A DNA stretch of 64,000 bases from an uncultured Acidobacteriota bacterium (GCA_963836075.1 CAWIIB010000008.1:1-64000), one strand, 5' to 3'; positions 43,601 to 52,747 are shown, counted from the first letter of the stretch. Notes: generated by a model not told the origin, from the sequence alone. A program made the numbers and translations.

Positions 43601-43828
43601 GCACCACAGGCTGGAACCGTCCCAGGTCAGGGCGCCGGCGTAGTCCGGGGCCGGGATGCTGCCCACCACGGTTTCAGCGGCCGCCGGCGGTGCGCCACCG
43701 AGCAGCAGGACGACGATCAATACAGCCAGGTACGGTATGAAAATGATGCCTGTAGCTGAACATGATGTTTCTCCCCGGAAAGTGGTTATACGGAGATGAT
43801 AGGTCGCCCCGCTACACCAGTCAATCAA
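40694..43828 (-). CDS. Large secreted multidomain protein: GLAWDG beta-propeller, two Ig-like domains, FG-GAP/PQQ-like propeller
   Basis: Repeated GL(A/T)WDG..LW units; IxNxGxAxLxITD Ig-like units; DVxGDGxxD repeats. The true start may be ATG 43763 (GGAG RBS) with an indel. Confidence 0.75.
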   Translation of the reverse strand: MIDWCSGATYHLRITTFRGETSCSATGIIFIPYLAVLIVVLLLGGAPPAAAETVVGSIPAPDYAGALTWDGSSLWCGMYGPSGSTVYELDPADGTVLSSFTGQGDDSYGLAWDGSALWQLDSYNYDLLFRMDTSGGLLGSIPSITTYMAGLTWDGTYLWCAAYYNPDGWIYQIDPATGLEIHSFDAPANQPWGLAFDGTDLWYVNDDFSGEEAIVYRLDTTDGTVLEQFDSPGANPRGLAWDGSYLWVCADNNAGAGRRCYQIDPEGSGTPDIDLHPASQDLGIVPVNSVVPWTLYIDNVGTADLTITDMTSDDPHFQVDFSSPQTIAGGETITYTSFFTSATTGDFEGTITVFSDDPDEPEVTATILATTVLPDPVIEFSATSHDFDQRRRYSRSRWPLTITNLGYAPLVITDMAIIGAAPGDEVFFLPDFFYPITLTTFESLVVDVDFSPPALGSFSGAVEVTSNGTDGGTQTIDLQGAGRTNFLGKGLPLWVFQGVENVECTAQVPDVTGDGIADAAVESYDAGASAGEPHLSLIWGNSHGQGVVKWGIHPPGGPSNSGGYGDKCLDVSPDMNDDGLADVLLATAWGGCTCYAVNGRNGNVLWSYDMYDEDPQGGWVYAAGPISDINQDGVPDALFGAGGHDSGSAGPRSMYAFDGASTGTADTLWRQYANDAIIDVVNIGDADGDGVEDAVACAGGNVDRDNHVYCASGASSGPATTLWSYDTGGDNWSLARHSDITGDGVSEVVVGTWGSSPAGSVQCLDGAGAGTALWTYPLAAAPVMRVDSFADVTGDGINEVLVASWAAWAYCLDGATGVQLWSSYMGSDVWAVSGIPDVNGDGYDDALAGAFTGEVRCVDGTSGDTIWSYMTGSKIFTLRWIEDVNGDTYADALAGTQMLGGIGGELFCLTGGDLPTWDRRAGVRAAPRPDGIEVELTGTKGFAAQGINVYRRQVFPEAPAMAQTGISGVTGPATRLPERIKALEARRARHTALLDGFQRITPQPARGSLFLDRSALQGVRYEYILGAVTELGDEVFTETVEAGR

Positions 43829-43901
43829 TGAATTGCCCTCTCAGGGAACAGTGCACAATTTACATTGAATTACGTCGCGTGGAGTGAATCCGTTTGCGAG
43901 A

Positions 43902-44447
43902 TCAGGGGAGCAGGTTGAGGTGGTAGAGGTCGGCCACCTGCTCCAGAGGGAAGGAGGACTGGGGCGCCAGCACGTTGCGGGTCAGCCGGTGGACGGTCTT
44001 CTCTTCACGGGCCCGTTCCTCGTCGGTGGGGTTTTCCAGCCCCAGCCGGGAGAGGCGGGAGATGTGGATCAGTTCGTGGGTCAGGATGTAGAGCAGGAAG
44101 GGGTAGAGCGCCGGCGCGTTGGTGCGGGTGGAGACCGCCTCGAGGATCGGGTGATCGAAGAGGTGGATGCGGTAGAACTCCTCCGGAGTATTCCCGTGGG
44201 TGTAGCTGATGGTCTCGGCAAAGACACCCTGCCTCAGCGACCCGTCCGGGATGTCCCGTTCGGTGAGCACGTCGTAGCTGAAGTGGAAGAACTCCCGGGG
44301 GGCGTAACGGTAGAACCGGTTCAGGTGGTCCGAGGATTCCGTGGTGGCCTGGTACACGAGGCGGCGCTGAAACTCATCGAATCGCGAGCGTCGCGGTGCG
44401 TCGGCCGTGGGGGGGCTGCCGCCGTTCATCGGTCGCTGTCCAGACAA
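43902..44447 (-). CDS. Hypothetical protein with HExxH motif
   Basis: LLYILTHELIH followed by a downstream EE; codon usage fits the genome. Confidence 0.6.
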   Translation of the reverse strand: MSGQRPMNGGSPPTADAPRRSRFDEFQRRLVYQATTESSDHLNRFYRYAPREFFHFSYDVLTERDIPDGSLRQGVFAETISYTHGNTPEEFYRIHLFDHPILEAVSTRTNAPALYPFLLYILTHELIHISRLSRLGLENPTDEERAREEKTVHRLTRNVLAPQSSFPLEQVADLYHLNLLP

Positions 44448-44505
44448 GAAAGGCCCGGATCGAACCCGGGCCTCCAGAGGAATTTCTGGCCGTCGGCGGG
44501 ACGGC

Positions 44506-44784
44506 TCAGTCGCTTTTTTTCGTTGTGCTGTCAGTGCTGGATCCGCTGTCAGCTTTTTTCGGACTGCTGGAATTGCTGCCCACCGAGGCGGCGCTCCGCC
44601 CCTTGTCCTTGGTCTTGTAATCGGTGACGTACCAGCCGCTTCCCTTGAGCTGGAACGAACTGCGAGAGATCAGTTTCTCCAGTTTCCCCCCGCACCCACA
44701 CGTGCGAAGGGGGTCGTCAGAGAATTTCTGAAGTTTCTCCACCACCTCGCCGCATGTCTGGCATTGATACTCATATATTGGCAT
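44506..44784 (-). CDS. FmdB-family zinc ribbon protein
   Basis: MPIYEYQCQTCG..CGCGG..FQLKGSGWYVTDY with a Ser/Lys-rich tail. Confidence 0.92.
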   Translation of the reverse strand: MPIYEYQCQTCGEVVEKLQKFSDDPLRTCGCGGKLEKLISRSSFQLKGSGWYVTDYKTKDKGRSAASVGSNSSSPKKADSGSSTDSTTKKSD

Positions 44785-44851
44785 CTTAATCACCCCTTGC
44801 CGTCAGTGGTGTCAACCCTCTTCCCCGGTCCAGGACCGATCAGGAGACCTA

Positions 44852-44880
44852 TTTATAGGACTCAGCGGTCCCGTTGTCAA
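44852..44880 (-). promoter_or_regulatory. Sigma70 promoter candidate for the FmdB gene
   Basis: Minus strand TTGACA-N17-TATAAA. Confidence 0.6.
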
Positions 44881-44978
44881 CCCGAAATTTTCCCGGCCGG
44901 TGCTGGAAGTCGGGTCGTACAGGTGGTACTCTTAGTGGATCAGGGTGATGATTACGCGGGGCCATCAGGGGTTGGAGC

Positions 44979-46100
44979 TTGCAAGTGATTTTATCCGATG
45001 AAGTTAGCGGCTCAGTAGTGGGTGCGCCGCCGGCACCGCGCCGGCTGCTGGTCCGTCTGCCCAACTGGATCGGTGACGTGGGCATGGCCACACCGGTACT
45101 CCGGGCCCTGCGCACGGCCTTCCCCGACACCCGGATCAGCTGGCTTCTCAAATCTTACCTGGTGAACCTGATTTCAGGCTGCGGATGGTATGACCACCTG
45201 CTGCTCCTGGAGGGCGAAGACGGCGGCGGCCGGGCCGAAAACCGGGTGCTGCTCTCCCGGCGTCTGCGGCGCCAGCGGTTCGACACCGCTTTTCTCTTTC
45301 CCAACAGCTTCGGGTCGCTGGTCCCGATCTACCTTGCCGGGATCCCGCGACGGATCGGGTACAACCGGTACGCCCGCGGGTGGATGCTCACCGAGGCGGC
45401 CTCGCCGCCCCGGGACCGGCAGGGGAACGTCATGCCCATGGCCATGGTGCCCTACTATGCCCGCCTGCTCCGCCTGCTGGGCGTGGACGACATCGACCTC
45501 CGCCTCTCCCTGCCCTATGACCCGGCCCTGGACCGCGAACTGGACCGGCGGCTGCTGGCGGCCGAGGGGTTTGATCCGGCGCTGCCCCTGGTCTGTTTCC
45601 ATCCCGGGGCGGCATACGGGGCAGCCAAGTGCTGGCCGCCGGAATATTTTGCCCGGCTGGGTGATCTGATTCTCGACCGGTTCCGGGTCAACCTGGTGGT
45701 GACCCTGGGACCCGGTGAATCAGAACTGGAGCCGCTGATCAGCGGCCCGATGAAGAACCGGGCCCACTTTCTCCAACTGCCCCTCGGCTTGCTGCCCCCC
45801 CTGTTCAGGCGTATCCACCTGCTGGTGACCAACGACACCGGTCCGCGCCACATCGGGGTGGCCATGGACCGCCCCATGGTGGCCCTTTTCGGCCCCAGCG
45901 ATCTTCGCTTCACTGACTTCCACATGGAAAAGACCGTTCTGCTGAGACGGGACGACCTGCCCTGCCTCCCCTGCTGCCGGCGGGTCTGTCCCCTGGGGCA
46001 TCACGACTGTATGAAAGGGATCCCGGCCGAGCAGGTTTTTTCCCACGTCGAGCGGTTATTGCTCGATCCCGCCCACGGACCGGTTGAGAAACGGTCCTGA
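44979..46100 (+). CDS. waaF: Lipopolysaccharide heptosyltransferase II (GT9)
   Basis: RLPNWIGDV, FPNSF, HPGAAYGAAKCWP, TNDTGPRHI, ALFGPS and CPLGHHDCM motifs. Confidence 0.88.
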   Translation: MQVILSDEVSGSVVGAPPAPRRLLVRLPNWIGDVGMATPVLRALRTAFPDTRISWLLKSYLVNLISGCGWYDHLLLLEGEDGGGRAENRVLLSRRLRRQRFDTAFLFPNSFGSLVPIYLAGIPRRIGYNRYARGWMLTEAASPPRDRQGNVMPMAMVPYYARLLRLLGVDDIDLRLSLPYDPALDRELDRRLLAAEGFDPALPLVCFHPGAAYGAAKCWPPEYFARLGDLILDRFRVNLVVTLGPGESELEPLISGPMKNRAHFLQLPLGLLPPLFRRIHLLVTNDTGPRHIGVAMDRPMVALFGPSDLRFTDFHMEKTVLLRRDDLPCLPCCRRVCPLGHHDCMKGIPAEQVFSHVERLLLDPAHGPVEKRS

Positions 46101-46214
46101 TCGTCCGATAAAGAAAGAGAAGGAAGCGTTTTTCAGGGCAACAGCACGTCGGCCGCGCCGGCGGGTGGGGAGTTCCTGCCCGGGTGCCGCCGGCGTGATT
46201 TCAACAGGTCTGCG

Positions 46215-46859
46215 ATGAACGATATCTCCTCCCGGGAAGAGGAATTTTATCCGCGGTTCGAGCGGTTCAAGGCCCGGATGCGCGAGCTGCGCGGGTTGCG
46301 GGTGAACCAGTTCATGGGGCTTCTGGACCAGAACCAGCAGAAGAAGGTGCTGCTGATCGAGAAAGAGGTGGAGGAGTTTGTTCGCAAGTTCGCCTACGGG
46401 GGCGGTCTCTCGCCCCTGCTCCAGGAGGGCATCCTCACCGCCTTCAACTCGGACCAGGTGATGCGCCGGCGGATCGAGCTGCAGAGCGCTGACGCCGGCC
46501 CCGGTGGACTGACCAGCATCCAGGCCCGTGAGGCCAGGAAGGCGGAACTCATCGGGGGCGCCTCCACCGGACCATCCAAATCTTCCCCGGCCGGCACCGG
46601 CCATGGGAACGGGGGCAACGGCGCGCGGAGCACCGGGTTCTTCACTCCCACGATGGCGGAAATCTCCCGCCAGGCCTGCACCCTGATGGGCGGCAAACGG
46701 ATCACCGACCAGAGTCTCTCCGCCCTGCAGAAGGCCATCTCGCGCAAGCTGGGGGGCAATGGCAATGGCGGCGACCCGGTGGCGAGCCGGCAGGTGAAAC
46801 TGTCGCTGACCAGTGCGGGTAAAGTGAGTATCCTGGTGGACGAAGAGGCGGGCCGGTAA
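46215..46859 (+). CDS. Hypothetical protein
   Basis: 214-aa ORF with GC3-rich codons filling the gap between genes; no recognised motif. Confidence 0.55.
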   Translation: MNDISSREEEFYPRFERFKARMRELRGLRVNQFMGLLDQNQQKKVLLIEKEVEEFVRKFAYGGGLSPLLQEGILTAFNSDQVMRRRIELQSADAGPGGLTSIQAREARKAELIGGASTGPSKSSPAGTGHGNGGNGARSTGFFTPTMAEISRQACTLMGGKRITDQSLSALQKAISRKLGGNGNGGDPVASRQVKLSLTSAGKVSILVDEEAGR

Positions 46860-46880
46860 GCGGGACGTGTTTCGTTCGGA

Positions 46881-48509
46881 TCAGTCCTGGTCCTCCGTCT
46901 CCCAGGATTCCTTCTGCACCGCAATAACCTTGTCCAGACAGCTCATGAAGACCTTGACCACGCCGGGGTCGAACTGCGTGCCCGAGCACCGTTTGATCTC
47001 GGCCACCGTCTCGTCGAGGCTTCGTCCCTTGCGGTAGGGCCGGTTGGTGGTCATGGCATCGAAGGTGTCCATCACCGACATGATTCTCGACTCCAGCGGG
47101 ATATCCTCACCGGCCAGGCCGTCGGGATACCCAGTGCCGTCGAAGTTCTCGTGGTGGTGGCGGATGATCTCCTCCAGGTCGAAGCCGTAGAGGTTCTTGA
47201 CGATCTTGCTGCCCAGCACGGGGTGCTGCTTCATGTCCTCGTACTCGTCCCTGGTCAGCTTGCCCGGCTTGGAGATGATGGCCTCCGACACGCCGATCTT
47301 GCCGATGTCGTGCAGGATGCAGGCGATCTTCAGGTTGTACTGCCGCTCCTCATCCAGATTCATCTCCTGGGCCAGAACGTGGACGTAGCGTTCCACCCGT
47401 TCGCAGTGCCCCCGGGTGTAGCAGTCCTTGACCTCGATGGTCCGGGCGTGGGTCATCACCGAGGAGAGGAACATCCGGCGGAACTCTTCCCGGTGGCTGG
47501 CGATCAGGTAGTCGTGGATCAGCGCGCTCTCCACTTCGCCGAGGTAGAGGTCCAGCAGCGGTTCGTTCCTCGCGATCTCGGTCCGTTTGTCGAACCCGAG
47601 GTAGAGAAAGCCGAGCAGCAGGTCCTGCTCCAGACGGAAGATGTGCACCGAATGGTTAGCCGGCTGAATCTGGATGTGCTCGGGTAGGGTCCCGTCGTCC
47701 AGATGCATGGTGACCTTCTGCTCCGGGCTGCTGAGCCACTGCAGCGGCGGACTCTCGAACCCGTTGGCCCCGCGCCCCATGGCGTCGTAGTACATGTTGC
47801 GGTTGAACTGCTCCTGCTCCCCGGTGCGGGTATAGAGGACAAAGGTGTCTGGGGCGAAGGCGCCGATGCAGAAGTCCCGAAAATCGGCCAGTTTGGGCTG
47901 GATATTCAGCGTCTCGCGGGACTTCTGGCCCAGCATGCACAGGCTGGTCAGGGTCTGGTTGAGGTTGAGCAGTTCCTCCGTCCGTTTGGCCACCTTCTGT
48001 TCCAGGTGCTGCTGGTACTCGCGGTTTTCCTGCACCAGGCGGTATTTTTCCAGTGCCCGGGACAGGGTCGCCTCCAGCTCGCGGAGCTGAAACGGTTTTT
48101 CGATGAAATCGTAGGCTCCCGATTTGAGGCTGGTGATGGCCGTGAGCCGAGTGGCGTTGCCGGTGATCACGATCTGGGTGATGTCCTCGTTCAGCCGGGC
48201 GATGTTTTCCAGCAACTCGAAACCGTTCATCGCCGGCATGTTGAGGTCGGTGAAGACGACACTGTATTCCTGGTGTGAGTCGGCGAGGATTTCCATGGCG
48301 TGGCGACCGTTTTCGGCGGCCTCCACCCGGTGCCCCCTCATGGTGAGGTAGTCCTTGAGGACCTGGCGAATCTCGTCGTCGTCGTCCACCACCAGGATTT
48401 TCTTAGGGTTGATATCGGGGCAGAGATTCAGGGGCAGCGGGCTGGTGGCCAGCGAGACGCTCTGCTGGTCGATCTGGGGCAGCATGGTTTCCACCGTAGC
48501 CTCGCTCAT
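46881..48509 (-). CDS. Response regulator with HD-GYP c-di-GMP phosphodiesterase domain
   Basis: REC (ILVVDDD, TDLNMP, KPF); HDIGK, HHENFDGTGYPDGL and RPYRK motifs. Confidence 0.92.
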   Translation of the reverse strand: MSEATVETMLPQIDQQSVSLATSPLPLNLCPDINPKKILVVDDDDEIRQVLKDYLTMRGHRVEAAENGRHAMEILADSHQEYSVVFTDLNMPAMNGFELLENIARLNEDITQIVITGNATRLTAITSLKSGAYDFIEKPFQLRELEATLSRALEKYRLVQENREYQQHLEQKVAKRTEELLNLNQTLTSLCMLGQKSRETLNIQPKLADFRDFCIGAFAPDTFVLYTRTGEQEQFNRNMYYDAMGRGANGFESPPLQWLSSPEQKVTMHLDDGTLPEHIQIQPANHSVHIFRLEQDLLLGFLYLGFDKRTEIARNEPLLDLYLGEVESALIHDYLIASHREEFRRMFLSSVMTHARTIEVKDCYTRGHCERVERYVHVLAQEMNLDEERQYNLKIACILHDIGKIGVSEAIISKPGKLTRDEYEDMKQHPVLGSKIVKNLYGFDLEEIIRHHHENFDGTGYPDGLAGEDIPLESRIMSVMDTFDAMTTNRPYRKGRSLDETVAEIKRCSGTQFDPGVVKVFMSCLDKVIAVQKESWETEDQD

Positions 48510-49063
48510 GAAGGAATATTCAGGCGCTTCATCTTCTCGATGAGCGTCGTCCGGTTGATGTTCAGCAGACGGGCAGCCCGGCTCTTGACCCAGTCAGTGC
48601 GCTGGAGCGCTTCCTCGATCAGGTCCTTTTCAAAGCTGCGCACCGCGTCTTTGAATTCCAGCTTGCCGTGTCTGGCGTGCCGCGTTGACCCGTTGCCCGG
48701 CGTCGGCCGGCCGCCGCGGCGCAGCGCATTCTTGATGTCCTGGATGCGGATCGGTTTGTCGATCCAGCAGTCCACCGGCCCGTCGGCCGCCGCTGGGCCC
48801 GAGTCTTTTCCCGACGGTGCGCGGGTGGCCAGGATTACCGTTCCGGGGAGGCAACGCTTGATCTGCCGCAGGGTGCCCATCCCGTCCCGGCGGTGCAGGT
48901 CGCTGAGAATGAAGTCGAAGGAGAACTCGCGCACCAGGGACAGGGCTTCCTCGTCGCCCGGTGCGGTGATCACTTCGTAGCCCTCGCGCTTGAGGGCAAA
49001 GGCGAGGGTCTCCTGGACCTGCTCACTGATGCCCAGAATGAGAATGCTCTTGTCCCGTGTCAT
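48506..49063 (-). CDS. Atypical receiver + Fis-type HTH protein lacking an AAA+ domain
   Basis: REC-like fold without the acidic DD pocket; C-terminal AARLLNINRTTLIEKMKRL; ATGA overlap with the HD-GYP gene. Confidence 0.7.
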   Translation of the reverse strand: MTRDKSILILGISEQVQETLAFALKREGYEVITAPGDEEALSLVREFSFDFILSDLHRRDGMGTLRQIKRCLPGTVILATRAPSGKDSGPAAADGPVDCWIDKPIRIQDIKNALRRGGRPTPGNGSTRHARHGKLEFKDAVRSFEKDLIEEALQRTDWVKSRAARLLNINRTTLIEKMKRLNIPS

Positions 49064-49235
49064 GACGAACCCTGAATTGTCACGGCCGCGCAACCGGGAC
49101 AGTTCTCCGTTCAACCGGTGGCACCCGTAATTTTTTCGATCATTTTGTGTATCGGAGAGTTGGCGCGATGAGATGAGGTGAAAGTTGCCGGCAATGTCAG
49201 AAAATGGACATGCTCCGGATCTGTTGATGGCCGGG

Positions 49236-50648
49236 TCAGCGGGCGGGGCCGTCCTCCTGCTGGTTGATCCGTTTGATTTTCTCCACCAGGGTGGTCCGCT
49301 TGACCTGCAGCAGCTCGGCCGCTTTTTTCTTGTTCCCCCCGGCCCGCTTCAGGCTCTGGCGGATCAGCCGCCGTTCCAGGGTGGCCAGCACTTCGGCCAG
49401 GTTGATCCCTTCCTCGGGAACGTCATAGGAGCCGAGCAGTCCGTCCTCCGGAGTGTCGCGGATTTCCGGCGGCAGGTCGGCAGGGAGGATGGTTTCGCTG
49501 TCCGCGGAGAGGGTCACGGCCCGCTCGATGGCGTTTTCCAGCTGCCGCACGTTGCCCTTCCAGTCGTAGGCCATCATCTGGCGGATGGCCGACTGATTGA
49601 TGGTTTTCACCGACATTTCCTGTTCCTTGCAAAACTTGCGCAGGAAGTGCGCGGCGAGCAGGGGGATATCATCCTTGCGCTCGCGCAGCGGCGGCAGTTT
49701 GACCGGGATCACGTTGAGCCGGTAGTAGAGGTCTTCCCTGAACAGTCCTTGCTGGACCGCTTCCTCCAGGTTGACGCTGGTGGCGGTGATCACCCGCACA
49801 TCAACTTTGATGGTCTTGGTTCCGCCGACGCGCTCGAAGGCCCGCTCCTGGAGCACCCGGAGCAACTTCACCTGCAGGTTGGGGGTCATGGTGCCGATTT
49901 CGTCGAGGAACAGGGAGCCGTTGTTGGCCTGCTCGAAGCGGCCCAGGCGGTCCTTGATCGCCCCGGTGAACGCTCCCTTGACGTGGCCGAACAGTTCGTC
50001 CTCCAGCAGGGTTTCCGGGATCGCCCCGCAGTTCACCGAGATCAGCGGGTTGTCGCGGCGATCGCTGTTGTAGTGCAGGGCGCGGGCGATCAGTTCTTTG
50101 CCGGTGCCGCTCTCGCCGGTGATCAGTACCGTGCTGTTGGTGTTGGCCACTTTCTCCACCAGGCGGAACAGCTCCTGCATCTTTTCATTGATGCCGACGA
50201 TGCTGTCGAAGCGGTACTTGCTTTTCAGCTGTGACCGCAGGTAGCGGTTCTCGTCGCGCAGCTGCTTCTGGTCGATGGCCTTGCGGACCAGGATGGTCAG
50301 TTCCATCGGCTTGAACGGCTTGGCCAGGTAGTGGAAGGCCCCCATCTTCATCGTCTTGACCGCCGTCTCGATGGACGCGTAACCGGTCATCATGATCACT
50401 ACGATATCGGGGTAGAGCTCCAGGGCCCGGGAGAGGATCGTCTCGCCGTCCACCTCCGGCATACGGAGGTCGGTGATCACGATGTCGTAGACCTTCTCCC
50501 GCAGCTGCTGCAACCCCTGCGGGCCGCTGTCCGCTGTCTCCACCTCGAAGCCTTCACGCTCCAGCACTTCGGCGATGGAGCGGAGCATATCGAGTTCGTC
50601 GTCGATGATCAGGATCTTTTCTGCATCGGGCATGATGGTTTTGCTCAA
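49236..50648 (-). CDS. Sigma54-dependent NtrC-family response regulator with FleQ/FlrA-like HTH
   Basis: REC; GESGTGKEL; GAFTGA; FLDEIG; HTH AAELLQVKRTTLVEK. Confidence 0.92.
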   Translation of the reverse strand: MSKTIMPDAEKILIIDDELDMLRSIAEVLEREGFEVETADSGPQGLQQLREKVYDIVITDLRMPEVDGETILSRALELYPDIVVIMMTGYASIETAVKTMKMGAFHYLAKPFKPMELTILVRKAIDQKQLRDENRYLRSQLKSKYRFDSIVGINEKMQELFRLVEKVANTNSTVLITGESGTGKELIARALHYNSDRRDNPLISVNCGAIPETLLEDELFGHVKGAFTGAIKDRLGRFEQANNGSLFLDEIGTMTPNLQVKLLRVLQERAFERVGGTKTIKVDVRVITATSVNLEEAVQQGLFREDLYYRLNVIPVKLPPLRERKDDIPLLAAHFLRKFCKEQEMSVKTINQSAIRQMMAYDWKGNVRQLENAIERAVTLSADSETILPADLPPEIRDTPEDGLLGSYDVPEEGINLAEVLATLERRLIRQSLKRAGGNKKKAAELLQVKRTTLVEKIKRINQQEDGPAR

Positions 50649-50931
50649 ACCTCTCAGGCGTCACATCTCTGCGTCAATATATTGATGATATATGTTAAGG
50701 TGCTATAAATATAACAATTATAGACAGAAATGGCAAGCCAAAATCTTGACAAGTCGTATCTGCTCCGCCCCTGGCCCGGTCTTTCATGCTCTCGGCCGTC
50801 TCGGTGATGCCCTTCGCGAGTCTAATGGAAATGGGGAATCGTGCCGATACGTGATGCATACAGGCCGCTTATGGAGGTTTTCGCCCCGAACAGAGGGTCC
50901 ACCCGCCCGGGATACCGGACCAACCCGAAAT

Positions 50932-50977
50932 GTCAAATCGATGACAACCAGAAGCACCACTGTGTCATCATATTGAC
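50932..50977. promoter_or_regulatory. Tandem GTCA-N6-TGAC boxes (FleQ-like enhancer sites)
   Basis: GTCAAATCGATGAC (50932-45) and GTCATCATATTGAC (50964-77); weaker copies at 50673-86, 50737-50 and 49196-209. Confidence 0.6.
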
Positions 50978-51118
50978 TATCTTTGTCTGCCATTCCCGCC
51001 GCCCGCTTTGCGCTCCCACACCACCGCTTACTCTTAAATTATTCTAATGAAACAGCTTGACCGAATTGTCGGCTGCCCGCAGCCATCGAAAATATTTGGC
51101 CGGAATGTGGAAAAAAGC

Positions 51119-51134
51119 TGGTACTGGAATTGCA
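51119..51134 (+). promoter_or_regulatory. Sigma54 (-24/-12) promoter upstream of fliA
   Basis: TGGTAC-TGGAA-TTGCA with exact GG-N10-GC spacing, ~140 bp downstream of the enhancer boxes. Confidence 0.65.
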
Positions 51135-51340
51135 GTATGTCAGAGCCTCTGATGAAGGTTGGGTAGCGATCCCGCAAAAGAACAAACGAATCGGAAACAG
51201 ATGTCAATCCATGGAACAGATCGTTGCTTCGCCGAGGCCAACGCGGGCAGTACCGTGCGCTCAGTTCCGGAGGCATGACAGGTGCAGGACAGGGCCGGCC
51301 CGGCCGGCCGGACGTTGATAATCCACAGGGGGTCAGGTTA

Positions 51341-52111
51341 ATGCAGCAGCACAGTACCGTAGAACAGGCCTGGAAGGGATGCAAGGCCGGTGGTTTTCAA
51401 GGAGACCGGGACGAACTGATCCTGGAGTTCATGCCGCTGGTCAAATACCTGGCCCACCGGGTGGCGGTGAAACTCCCGCCGCACATCGACGTGGGAGACT
51501 TGACCAACTACGGTATAATCGGACTGGTGGACGCCATCGAGAAGTTCGACCCCTCACGCAACATCAAGTTCAAGACATACGCCGAACTGCGCATACGCGG
51601 TTCGATCATCGACGGCCTGCGCGACCTGGACTGGGTGCCCCGTTCCATTCGCAAGAAGCGCAAGGAGCTGGAAAAAGCTTACCAGACCCTGGAACAGAAA
51701 CACGGCCGGCCGGCCCAGGACGAGGAAGTGGCCACCGCGCTGGGGCTGGACATGAACAAGCTGCACCACCTGGTGGACCAGGTGAAGGGCGTCTCCCTCG
51801 GCGGCTTCAAGGACCTCAGCGGCAACAATCCGGACGACAAGTTCGAGGAGAGCCTGATCGGCTACATCCCCGACACCACGGTGGATGACCCGTTCCAGGT
51901 CTTCCAGAAGAGCGAACTGAAATCGATCCTGGCCGGTGCCATCGACCAGCTACCGCAGAAAGAGCGGCTGGTGATATCGCTCTACTATTTCGAGGAGCTG
52001 ACGATGAAGGAAATCGGGATGGTGCTCAACATCACCGAGTCCCGGGTTTCCCAGCTGCACACCAAGGCCGTGTTCAGAATGCGCGGCCGGTTGAAAAACA
52101 CCATCGCCTGA
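51341..52111 (+). CDS. fliA: FliA/WhiG family RNA polymerase sigma factor (sigma28)
   Basis: FKTYAELRIRGSIIDGLRDLDWVPRS; LYYFEELTMKEIG..TESRVSQLH. Confidence 0.92.
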   Translation: MQQHSTVEQAWKGCKAGGFQGDRDELILEFMPLVKYLAHRVAVKLPPHIDVGDLTNYGIIGLVDAIEKFDPSRNIKFKTYAELRIRGSIIDGLRDLDWVPRSIRKKRKELEKAYQTLEQKHGRPAQDEEVATALGLDMNKLHHLVDQVKGVSLGGFKDLSGNNPDDKFEESLIGYIPDTTVDDPFQVFQKSELKSILAGAIDQLPQKERLVISLYYFEELTMKEIGMVLNITESRVSQLHTKAVFRMRGRLKNTIA

Positions 52112-52239
52112 AACCGGAGCCGCGGCTCCGGGCCGCGGCGCGCCTCAACCGGCATCCGGCCTTTGGCTCTGAATCAGGGCATCCCGCCATTCCCGGGGAG
52201 CGTCTTCCCGGGGCTCTGTCCGCCGTCCGTGGAATCCCC

Positions 52240-52267
52240 TCAAGCTTTGCTCTCATTTGACCGATAC
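52240..52267 (+). promoter_or_regulatory. Sigma28-like promoter candidate upstream of flgM-like gene
   Basis: TCAAG-N15-ACCGATAC versus the TAAA/TCAAG...GCCGATA consensus; spacing is about one base long. Confidence 0.4.
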
Positions 52268-52288
52268 AGTGGGTAGCCGACCTAGACA

Positions 52289-52591
52289 ATGATTGCTGGC
52301 GGCGCATGGGAGGATATGGTGCGCTTGATGAATACAAAAGAAAAAAATGGAAACCTGACCTATTTCCCGGAAAAAATGTGGAAGCGGGAGCCGTCCGGCG
52401 AAGACCATGCGCCCGAGGCGGACCAGCCGCCCATTACCGGGGAGGTTTTGCTGAAGACCCTCGAGGAACCGTTCGAGTCTGCCGGACGGAACCGGCGGAT
52501 CGCCCGTCTGCGGGAAAAGATCCTTGCCGGCCGCTACCACATTCCCGCACTGGAACTGGCCGATCGGATGATCAGCGGGGACGTTTTCTGA
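52289..52591 (+). CDS. flgM: FlgM-like anti-sigma28 factor (start may be ATG 52316)
   Basis: C-terminal RIARLREKILAGRYHIPALELADRMI matches the FlgM sigma-binding helices; directly downstream of fliA. Confidence 0.65.
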   Translation: MIAGGAWEDMVRLMNTKEKNGNLTYFPEKMWKREPSGEDHAPEADQPPITGEVLLKTLEEPFESAGRNRRIARLREKILAGRYHIPALELADRMISGDVF

Positions 52592-52747
52592 CCTGTCCCC
52601 GGTTCCCCCTGCCCGAAGAACCATTCCCCCGGGAGAGTTGTGCCCGGCCACTCGCCGGCCCTGTGAAATGCTTCTGCCGAATGTGTTACCATCGCGGTTC
52701 AGGAAGCGTGCGCGCCGTTGGTGACGGACAGTTGTGAGGGGGGACGG

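Noticed and set aside
41897-43759. 620-aa ORF on + strand
   Set aside because: Antisense shadow of the secreted multidomain protein.
49185-50234. 349-aa ORF on + strand
   Set aside because: Antisense shadow of the sigma54 regulator.
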